From Bacteroidales bacterium (GTDB lineage: Bacteria > Bacteroidota > Bacteroidia > Bacteroidales > UBA10428): a DNA stretch of 64,000 nucleotides. A model generated the notes under the pieces. That model worked only from the letters and a program-made list of their open reading frames with translations. It made no database searches and was not told where the DNA came from. The stretch is taken from positions 56,010 through 120,009 of the forward strand of contig JAFGVA010000063.1 in the NCBI GenBank assembly GCA_016938235.1. Reading direction: 5' to 3'. Positions 57,601 through 64,000 of the stretch are shown piece by piece. The position numbers were made by a program, and so were the translations under genes. Position 1 is the stretch's first letter. Each line of letters begins with the position of its first letter.

Positions 57601-57724
57601 CACAATTGTTGTCTGGACAATGTCGTTACTTTTCTATTTCATTTTATATTTCAGAGGTGTAAGATATCTGATTAATATGTTTGATTACCTCAAGCACAAA
57701 CTCAGGCTTCACAGACCAGAATAA
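54641..57724 (+). CDS. ABCG/White-type ABC half-transporter fused to N-terminal TerB-like and FHA-like regions and a long C-terminal extension
   Basis: Walker A GASGAGKST, signature ISGGQRKRLNIA and Walker B VLFLDEPTSGL, followed by an ABC-2-type 6-TM domain. The first ~270 aa and the last ~270 aa (ending in one TM helix) lie outside the ABC core. Confidence 0.8.
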   Translation: MSEQILKALMELFAIIARPENNESTGLDRRPVVESFLKRQLNEDLVGAYLKIYDTFFEKHQSLINRRGKKRIGPDSVKLLRICDEINRELTQQQKFIVLVNLFEFVNSDNLEISSQEYEFIATVSDSFYIERAEHEDIKQYVVANENIIPNLDKILLIDGKEGSPSGVKHLKKSQLKGQLRILHIVSANMFLLRYLGNHELYLNGQLLQADKVYVFNTGSSIRNHTIKPIYYSDVVSLFHATNAESHIEFIVQDIAYKFKNETIGLHPMSFHERSGRLVGIMGASGAGKSTLLNILNGTNTPHSGSVLINGKNIHSEKKEVEGLIGFVSQDDLLIEELSVFQNLYYNAKLCFSNYTEQELVEAVDKMLQSLGLYEIKDIQVGSPLNKKISGGQRKRLNIALELIREPAVLFLDEPTSGLSSRDSENIMDLLKELSLKGKLVFVVIHQPSSDIFKMFDKLVILDTGGYMIYDGDPIDSILYFKSKIHHANYNESECRICGNVNPEQIFNIVESNVLDEYGKFTRNRKISPKQWYTFYIDERNKNEIPSTKEIDLPKISFKIPNKIKQFFIFSTRDILSKLSNKQYLIINFLEAPVLAFVLGFIIKYFNVSESNDLGYNLMGNSNLPVYIFMSVIIAIFMGLTVSAEEIIKDRKILKREAFLNLSWSSYLFSKAGVQLIISAIQSFLFVIVGNSIMEIKGMYLDYWIILFSCWVSANMIGLVISDTFDTVVTIYILIPFLVIPQIILSGVIVKYEKLNPKISSPDKIPGYGEIITARWGYEALAVHQFKDNIYMKAFYPYNKLMSICEFKKDYWVKDLENKVDFISKYYDDKSKQDKIDDYLDLLYHEILKETVANNKVKFLQIEKLSNKTLDTEVIDELRSYLKIINRFYIRLFNEVSDERDKIIRENENTKEKKAAFLELKRRYSNDKLQEFVENNNETVRYVEYKGQLIQKIDPIYLDPEPGFLKAHFYAPRKMLFGKYIDTFWVNTIVVWTMSLLFYFILYFRGVRYLINMFDYLKHKLRLHRPE

Positions 57725-57745
57725 AAAACACATAAAAAGCAGTAT

Positions 57746-58789
57746 CTAATTTAAATAATGCTTAAGAGGTAAACTTCGCAATTTTTCAGCACTTTGTTCA
57801 GGCGTAATATCGCGTTGTGGATTGGCCAGCATTTCGTAACCCACCATGAATTTCCTGACAGTAGCCGAGCGCAACAAAGGCGGATAAAAATGCATATGAA
57901 AATGCCATTCCGGATGCTCTTCGCCATCGGTTGGAGCCTGGTGAATACCTGCAGAATATGCAAAGGATACTTCAAAAAGATTATCGAACATTATAGTAAG
58001 CTTTTTGTATATATCTGCCAGTGCACTCTTTTCATCTTCGGTAAATTGAGTTATACGCTGAATATGCCTCTTACTGACAATCATTGCTTCGTAGGGCCAG
58101 ACAGCCCAAAAAGGAACTAACGCAACAAAGTGTTCGTTCTGCACCAACACTCGTTCTCCCGATTTTAATTCCTCCCCGAGGTAATCAGAAAGCATGCTTC
58201 TTTTATGATTTTCAAAGTATTTCTTTTGGTTTTCCTGCTCCTTTGATGGTTCGACCGGAACAGTACTTTGTGCCCAAATTTGCCCATGTGGATGGGGGTT
58301 GCTACATCCCATTATATCTCCCTTGTTTTCAAAAATCTGAACGTAATTTATATATTCAAGGCTTCCTATCTCTTCATATTCCCTGCACCACAGATCAACA
58401 ACTTTTCTTATAGCACTTACTTCCATCTGGGGAATTGTTAAATCGTGTCTTGGCGAAAAGCAAATAACCTTGCAAAATCCTTTTTCGCTTTCAGCTAAAA
58501 AAAGTTCTCCGTTTTTAAAATTTCCAGCAGGAACATCCGGAACCAGTGCACTAAAATCGTTCTGAAATGCAAAGACATCCTTATAATCGGGATTTATTAA
58601 TCCTCCAGCTCTTTCATTCCCCGGACATAAATAACAGTTCGGATCATATTCGGGTCGCTTTTTAATAATGATTTTCTCTACCTTACCTTGCCATGGTCTC
58701 TTTGTTCTATGCGGCGAGACTAAAATCCATTCACCTGTTAAAGGATTAAACCTTCTGTGAGCATGTTCGGTAAATTCAAATTTTTCCAT
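57746..58789 (-). CDS. galT: Galactose-1-phosphate uridylyltransferase
   Basis: 347 aa with active-site HPHGQIW and an N-terminal CYLCPGN zinc motif. Confidence 0.9.
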   Translation of the reverse strand: MEKFEFTEHAHRRFNPLTGEWILVSPHRTKRPWQGKVEKIIIKKRPEYDPNCYLCPGNERAGGLINPDYKDVFAFQNDFSALVPDVPAGNFKNGELFLAESEKGFCKVICFSPRHDLTIPQMEVSAIRKVVDLWCREYEEIGSLEYINYVQIFENKGDIMGCSNPHPHGQIWAQSTVPVEPSKEQENQKKYFENHKRSMLSDYLGEELKSGERVLVQNEHFVALVPFWAVWPYEAMIVSKRHIQRITQFTEDEKSALADIYKKLTIMFDNLFEVSFAYSAGIHQAPTDGEEHPEWHFHMHFYPPLLRSATVRKFMVGYEMLANPQRDITPEQSAEKLRSLPLKHYLN

Positions 58790-58809
58790 TCAAATTACAA
58801 TTTTCCGGA

Positions 58810-59958
58810 CTAATTAATTATGTGAGTTCCATCTTGAATACTTACTTTGTAAATGAACAGGTCAATGCCGGTTTTGCCTTTATATTCTGCGGTTGCCAAA
58901 TCAATAAATTTTGACTCATCTGATTTGTGCACAATGTTAATTGTGCAGCCTCCAAAACCACCGCCCATCACGCGTGAACCAATAACAACTCCTGACCTCT
59001 CGGCAATATCAACCAAAATATCAAGTTCTTTACAGCTTACTTCATAATCGTCGCGCAGACCAGCATGTGTTTGATACATTAATTCACCAACACGTTTCAC
59101 ATTCCCTTTTTCAAGTTCATCACAAGCTTCAGTAAGCCTTCCTATTTCCTCAACAACAAACTTACATCGCTTGTAAACTGTTGGATTGAAATCACCTTTA
59201 TGTTCTTGCAGAAGCTCCATATCAACATCCCTAAGACTTTCGACTTCTGGTTTGTGTTTTTTAAGAATTGCCACACCTGTTTCACATTCTTCTCTTCGTG
59301 TATTATACTCCGATGAAGCCAGGGTATGTTTCACCCGGGTATCGCACAAGAAGATGTCGTAATCGTCTAATTTCAAGGGAAAATGTTTGTATTCCAGCGA
59401 ACGGCAATCCAGACGAATAACATGATCTTTCTTTCCGAAGACACTGGCAAACTGATCCATAATTCCGCACTTTACGCCGGCATATTCGTGCTCTGCGATT
59501 TGCGACATTTTTACCAACTGTTCTTTTGAAAAATTAAACCCGAAAATTTCGTTTAAAGCAAAAGCAAACCCGGTTTCAAGGGCAGCTGATGATGAAAGTC
59601 CTGCGCCAAGAGGAATATTGCCTCCAACAACGCAATCAACTCCTTTTACGATTTTATTTTCTTTCTGAATTTGGGCAATTACACCTAACAAATAATTTAC
59701 CCATTGCTTATCTGTTTTTTCAATAGTATCGATATTTATTTCAGAACTGTCTTTTAGATCGTATGCAAAAAACCTGTGTTTATAAGAGTTATTTGCTGCT
59801 ACTCCAAAAACTATATGTTTATCAATAGCAGCCGGAAGTACAAAACCCATATTGTAATCGGTATGCTCGCCTATTATATTAATTCTGCCCGGAGCACACA
59901 CCAACAAAGGTTCATGATTAAATAGCTCTATAAACTTATCTCTAATTTCCTTATCCAT
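58810..59958 (-). CDS. galK: Galactokinase
   Basis: Signature GRINIIGEHTDYN, GHMP motif GAGLSSSAA and GGGFGGC. Confidence 0.95.
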   Translation of the reverse strand: MDKEIRDKFIELFNHEPLLVCAPGRINIIGEHTDYNMGFVLPAAIDKHIVFGVAANNSYKHRFFAYDLKDSSEINIDTIEKTDKQWVNYLLGVIAQIQKENKIVKGVDCVVGGNIPLGAGLSSSAALETGFAFALNEIFGFNFSKEQLVKMSQIAEHEYAGVKCGIMDQFASVFGKKDHVIRLDCRSLEYKHFPLKLDDYDIFLCDTRVKHTLASSEYNTRREECETGVAILKKHKPEVESLRDVDMELLQEHKGDFNPTVYKRCKFVVEEIGRLTEACDELEKGNVKRVGELMYQTHAGLRDDYEVSCKELDILVDIAERSGVVIGSRVMGGGFGGCTINIVHKSDESKFIDLATAEYKGKTGIDLFIYKVSIQDGTHIIN

Positions 59959-59972
59959 AAATTATGCTGTTA

Positions 59973-60662
59973 TTAGAATGTTTTTACAACAGGAATTAGG
60001 CCGGATTTTTTAGCGTTTGATTTGAAACGGTAATAAAAAGCACCCTTCTTGGAATCTTTCATGTTCTTTTTATTCATTTTCTCTAAAACCTTGAATGATA
60101 AAATCTTTTTCCTGAAATTACCCGGGTCAAATTTTTTCTGAAAAATAGCATCGTATAATTTTCGAAGCTGCAGAATAGTGAAGCTCTCCGGAAGAAGTTG
60201 ATTTCCAATAACTTCGTAGCTGGCTTTTAATCTTAACTTTTCCAGTGCATTATTGAGCATTTCGTTGTGGTCAAAAATTAATTCCGGAACTTTATTCAAC
60301 GAAATCCAGGTTGCCCCGTTTTTTATAACAAGTTGTATGTCATGCTCATTAATGCGTATTAAAGCATAAAAAGCCACACTTACTACTCTTCCTCCCGGAT
60401 CCCTCTCCGGTTTCGAAAAAGCAGAAACCTGTTCCATATAGATATCATCGAGACCGGTTATTGTTTTTAGAACTCTTCGTGCAGCATCCTCAACCGATTC
60501 TTCTTCATTCACCCAACCACCTAAAAGAGACCATCTGCCTTTCTGTGGCTCAATCTTTCTGTTGAAAAGCAGCAACTGTAATTCTTCCTTATCGTATCCG
60601 AAAATTATGCAGTCTACAGAAATTAAGTGCTTAGGCGCGAGTTTATATTCAGAATGAAGCAT
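59973..60662 (-). CDS. NUDIX-domain protein with C-terminal winged-helix-like extension (NrtR/AraR-type candidate regulator)
   Basis: Nudix box GGWVNEEESVEDAARRVLKTITG, then a ~90-aa C-terminal domain. It lies directly upstream of galK-galT on the same strand. Confidence 0.75.
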   Translation of the reverse strand: MLHSEYKLAPKHLISVDCIIFGYDKEELQLLLFNRKIEPQKGRWSLLGGWVNEEESVEDAARRVLKTITGLDDIYMEQVSAFSKPERDPGGRVVSVAFYALIRINEHDIQLVIKNGATWISLNKVPELIFDHNEMLNNALEKLRLKASYEVIGNQLLPESFTILQLRKLYDAIFQKKFDPGNFRKKILSFKVLEKMNKKNMKDSKKGAFYYRFKSNAKKSGLIPVVKTF

Positions 60663-60730
60663 ACCCTAAAATTTTCGGAAGATAAATTAAAAGTATTTTC
60701 TACTCTTAAACAAATTATCTTAAACTTTTT

Positions 60731-60768
60731 TCAAAAAAAAAGGCTATTTACCTGGTAGTAAACAGCCT
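60731..60768 (-). terminator. Rho-independent terminator downstream of the DUF1987 gene
   Basis: An 11-bp stem AGGCT(A/G)TTTAC (one mismatch) at 60741-60751 / 60758-60768 with a 6-nt loop. On the minus strand it is followed by T9, 21 nt after the stop. Confidence 0.75.
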
Positions 60769-60788
60769 TCGGAATATGTAAAATACTA

Positions 60789-61169
60789 TTAGTCTACAAT
60801 CTCAATCATTTTAAAGGGCACCCGTATAATTGATTCATAATCTTCACCCGCTTCAAGCATATCTTCGTCATCTTCTTCGTAATACCAGTTTATCTGTACA
60901 TCGTTACTGCTTTTATGAAGTGATTCGAGTTTCTTGAAAACATCAAGAATGCACTTAGAAGAACTGGTGTTAAAATATTCAAGGTGAACATTAACAACTG
61001 TTTTTGCAGCTGGCGATCCTGAGTACTCTTCTAACCAATCGACTATGGGTTTATAAAACTCGATTGAATTTTCGGGAATAGATCTTCCTTTAATCTCTAA
61101 GACTCCTTTAGTAGGTTCGAATTCAACTGTTGGAGTTTTTTGTGTACCTTCAATCATCAATGCTTCCAT
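60789..61169 (-). CDS. DUF1987 (SiaC-like) small regulatory protein
   Basis: 126 aa. Motifs TPTVEF....G.LEIKGRSIPEN...FY.P...WL..Y and LEYFNTSSSK are typical of DUF1987. Confidence 0.75.
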   Translation of the reverse strand: MEALMIEGTQKTPTVEFEPTKGVLEIKGRSIPENSIEFYKPIVDWLEEYSGSPAAKTVVNVHLEYFNTSSSKCILDVFKKLESLHKSSNDVQINWYYEEDDEDMLEAGEDYESIIRVPFKMIEIVD

Positions 61170-61192
61170 ATCAATTTTATCTTGATAATTTT

Positions 61193-61738
61193 TTATACGT
61201 CAATCGTTAAATTAAAAAACGAGTAATCATTGTTATAATTATAAAACTCGTATGTCATATCTTTTCCCGTTTTACGGGCAATGTCAACCAGACCTAATCC
61301 TCCGCCACCTTTGGCAGAAATTTTTTGATGATTTAAAATGAACTTGTACATATCTTTAAGTTCATCTTTTGTCATTGAATTTATCTTATCGATTTTTTCT
61401 TTTAAGAACCCAATTTTAGTATTTCTGATAAAATTTCCGGTAATTACTTTATAATCTTCGTTATCACGTTCAATTATTAAAACAGCAAATTTGGGATCCA
61501 GATCCTCATCAATACCCTCATGAGTCTCTTCGATGTGATGATACAGGTTTTGTAAGCTCTCAACAAGAACATTATAGAGTTTCTTACGGGTTTTACCCGA
61601 TTCATTTACTTTTTCAAGTTTTTCCTCAACCGCCTCAAGTACTTCATTGATAAGTTCGGATGTAATGCTTCCTTTATAAGCTAACAGCACATCTCCCTGA
61701 CTTACCTTTGAATAATATTCGTTGATATTAAAGCTCAT
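61193..61738 (-). CDS. SiaB-like / anti-sigma-factor-type HATPase-fold protein kinase
   Basis: 181 aa. The C-terminal G-box-like GGGGLGLVDIARKTG and the N-terminal LAYKGSITSELINEVL resemble the small kinases encoded next to DUF1987 genes. Confidence 0.6.
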   Translation of the reverse strand: MSFNINEYYSKVSQGDVLLAYKGSITSELINEVLEAVEEKLEKVNESGKTRKKLYNVLVESLQNLYHHIEETHEGIDEDLDPKFAVLIIERDNEDYKVITGNFIRNTKIGFLKEKIDKINSMTKDELKDMYKFILNHQKISAKGGGGLGLVDIARKTGKDMTYEFYNYNNDYSFFNLTIDV

Positions 61739-61892
61739 AAAAGCCTGTTGTTACTCGCAATTAATTTGTAGGCATAACAAATATAGAAAAAAACTTTTAA
61801 GTATAACGACTACCTGTTATCCGCCTGATATTTTTCTTAAAAATATAAAAAATATTAATCAATCAAACAGGATTGTTATTAACATATTAAAA

Positions 61893-63080
61893 TTAGCCCT
61901 GCTTATTCTCATTTAGTTCGGTCTTGTGTTCTTTATATCCCCCCTCAAAAAGATCGTAAGCAGAAAAAATGCACTCCAGGCTTCCATTAAACAGTTTTGT
62001 TTTGCCAGAGGATTTTAAACCAATATTTTTCATTGCATTAGTATTACTACTAATTATCCATGCTTTAAATCCGGGATATTTTTCTTTCAGTATATCTCCC
62101 ATCTCTTTGTACAAGCTGTTAATTTTATCTTCCTTCATTCGTTCTCCATACGGAGGATTGATGATAACAGTACCCTCTTTAACCCGGGGCTTGAAATCGC
62201 GGAACGATTTATTTGAGAACCTGATGAAACTTGTGATATTGGCTTTAAACGCATTCTGCCTGGCCATTTCGATAGATTCTTCTGATATATCGTTAGCAAA
62301 AATTTGAGGCTTAAAATCATTCAATTCTACTTCTTCAAGTATTTTATGATACAGCTTTTTATTATAATCTGTCCAGTTTTGAAAACAGTATTCTTTTCTG
62401 ATTAATCCCGGGGGAATATTCCGGGCAATTAATGCTGCTTCAATTGCCATTGTACCCGTGCCCGTCATAGGATCAACAAATGGAGTTGAAGGATCCCAGC
62501 CGCTTAATTTTATTAATGCAGCCGCCAATACAGGGTTAATCGGGGCCGGACCTTCCATTACCCTGTAACCTCTTCTATGTAAAGAAACTCCCGAACTGTC
62601 GAGCGCAACATTCACCCTGTTTCCATTAATATGGATATTGATTAAAACATCGGGGGTTTCAACATTAACAAGCGGACGTTTGTGGTATTTTTTCCTGAAA
62701 CGATCTACAAGTGCATCTTTTGCTCTTTGCGAAGTAAATAAAGAGTTTTTGAAAATTTCAGAATTTACCACAACAGAATCGATAGCAAAAGTATGATGAA
62801 GTCCCAGATACACCTCCCACTCTATTTCGATAAGTTTATTGTAATAATCATCCTGATCTTTAATAGTAAAACTATGTACTGTTTTAAGAATACGTAATGC
62901 TGTTCTCAGAAAAATATTTGCCTTGTAAAGAACTTCCAGATCCCCGACAAAACTCACCATTCTTCTACCTATCCTGACATCTTCTGCTCCCAGGTTTTTA
63001 ATTTCCTCTTCGAGTATGGGCTCCAAACCAAAAAAAGTTTTAGCAACCATCTCAAATTTATTCTGCTCCTTGTTTATCAT
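61893..63080 (-). CDS. THUMP-domain class I SAM-dependent RNA methyltransferase (RlmL/YpsC-like)
   Basis: 395 aa with an N-terminal THUMP-like region, a SAM motif DPMTGTGT and the catalytic INPPYGERM. Confidence 0.85.
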   Translation of the reverse strand: MINKEQNKFEMVAKTFFGLEPILEEEIKNLGAEDVRIGRRMVSFVGDLEVLYKANIFLRTALRILKTVHSFTIKDQDDYYNKLIEIEWEVYLGLHHTFAIDSVVVNSEIFKNSLFTSQRAKDALVDRFRKKYHKRPLVNVETPDVLINIHINGNRVNVALDSSGVSLHRRGYRVMEGPAPINPVLAAALIKLSGWDPSTPFVDPMTGTGTMAIEAALIARNIPPGLIRKEYCFQNWTDYNKKLYHKILEEVELNDFKPQIFANDISEESIEMARQNAFKANITSFIRFSNKSFRDFKPRVKEGTVIINPPYGERMKEDKINSLYKEMGDILKEKYPGFKAWIISSNTNAMKNIGLKSSGKTKLFNGSLECIFSAYDLFEGGYKEHKTELNENKQG

Positions 63081-63622
63081 TTTTCTAAATAGGTTTTTAC
63101 AAAATTTTTCGCATTGCTTAATCTGCTATCACCAATCCCTTTTACAATGACATAGTTTAAATTATATGAAATTAATTCTTTTTCATATTCCTGAAATAAT
63201 TTAAGCCTGGCTTCGCCTCCATTTTCTCTGACATCGTCTTTTATCCATTCAATATCGGGATAACAGAGCAAATACAAAGCATCTTTGGTTTGGGACAGAA
63301 CCTCATCTATTCGCTTCTCATATTTACCTGAATTCCAAATCATCCATATTTTTGTAATAATAAGAAAGGTATCAAAGATTATCGGTTTCTGGCTACATAA
63401 ACCGAAAACATCTTCAAATTGTTTTATTTGATGATTGGCAATATCAGTAATATCTTTGTAATTATATTTTCGTTTCAGATTAACAATGTATTCGCGTGCA
63501 AACTCAGGCAACAATAAACAATTATATTCCTGAGTAATATTTTCAGCAAGTGTTGTTTTACCTGTAGATTCAGGTCCGGTGATAATTATATACTTTTTTG
63601 TTTCAGCCATTGTTTTTTCCAT
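63077..63622 (-). CDS. P-loop ATPase resembling the NadR ribosylnicotinamide-kinase domain
   Basis: P-loop IIITGPESTGKTTLA. It sits directly downstream of pnuC and overlaps both neighbours. An alternative start is ATG 63610. Confidence 0.6.
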   Translation of the reverse strand: MEKTMAETKKYIIITGPESTGKTTLAENITQEYNCLLLPEFAREYIVNLKRKYNYKDITDIANHQIKQFEDVFGLCSQKPIIFDTFLIITKIWMIWNSGKYEKRIDEVLSQTKDALYLLCYPDIEWIKDDVRENGGEARLKLFQEYEKELISYNLNYVIVKGIGDSRLSNAKNFVKTYLEK

Positions 63623-64000
63623 TGGATATATCCCATAACAGCAAGAGTTGTATAGACAATAAACAAAAATACTGTCGGATATAATCCTTTGTAAATATAT
63701 AAGAATACGGATATACTGTCAACCACAATCCAAATGAGCCAGTGTTCCATAATTTTACGAGCAAGCATCCAGGTAGCCACAATACTTGCCGAAGTTGTAA
63801 AGGCATCCCAAAAAGGGATGGTACTATCCGTAATCTTATCAAGAAAAACACCAATAAAAACAAAAAGAATTCCAATGACAAGCAAAATTAAGATCCACTG
63901 CTTTAGGCTTGCTGAGGACACCGGAATTTCTTTTTTCCGGGTATCACTATACCTTGTCCAATGAATCCATCCATAAATACTTACTGCAACATAGTACACG
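63586..64000 (-). CDS. pnuC: Nicotinamide riboside transporter PnuC, 5'-truncated by the window edge
   Basis: The ORF runs off the window end. It shows the PnuC motifs SIYGWIHW and WLIWIVVDSISVFLY...GYIQWKK. Confidence 0.85.
   Translation of the reverse strand, partial: VYYVAVSIYGWIHWTRYSDTRKKEIPVSSASLKQWILILLVIGILFVFIGVFLDKITDSTIPFWDAFTTSASIVATWMLARKIMEHWLIWIVVDSISVFLYIYKGLYPTVFLFIVYTTLAVMGYIQWKKQWLKQKSI

Noticed and set aside
1-64000. Prophage, integrative element, transposon, toxin-antitoxin or known defence system (restriction-modification, CRISPR-Cas, retron, CBASS-like).
   Set aside because: None of the ORF translations shows integrase, transposase, capsid, terminase, nuclease-helicase or cyclase-effector signatures that I can recognise. 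The only insertion-like footprint is the small duplication at 3510-3761.

Overview
The window is an AT-rich chromosomal segment that looks like Bacteroidota. Supporting signs are a PorP/SprF gene next to a type-B T9SS C-terminal sorting domain, a propeller-type hybrid sensor kinase, and TAnnTTTG-like -7 boxes. It holds about 45 protein genes, mostly on the minus strand and mostly housekeeping: tpiA, prmA, folP, cdaA, plsY, pckA, serC/serA-like, gcvT, clpB, galK/galT and pnuC. I recognised no rRNA, tRNA, CRISPR array, transposase, integrase or phage gene. Five things stand out. (1) 37.2-41.4 kb carries two tandem, diverged copies of a two-gene module. Both genes look like Cys-rich peptidase-U32 / UbiU-UbiV-type proteins, so this is a candidate O2-independent Fe-S hydroxylase system with unknown substrate in a lineage not expected to make ubiquinone. 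This is my best candidate for an undescribed system. (2) 3.9-23.4 kb is an SprB-like locus. It has a 1497-aa secreted protein, a 13.6-kb gene for a 4521-aa adhesin built from three repeat arrays, and an abutting PorP/SprF gene. (3) A family of phase-coherent heptanucleotide arrays occurs at four intergenic loci, all in the same orientation. The largest is 40 heptads, including 31 x YGATYGG, directly upstream of the giant adhesin gene. (4) The last 27 codons plus stop of an HGSNAT-like gene are duplicated in frame 165 nt downstream, and the two copies bracket a perfect 23-bp GC-rich palindrome. (5) There are small orphan signalling pairs (SiaB/SiaC-like, Hpt+STAS) and a TerB-like/FHA-like/ABCG fusion protein. 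All functional calls come from reading motifs by eye. No database search was possible.
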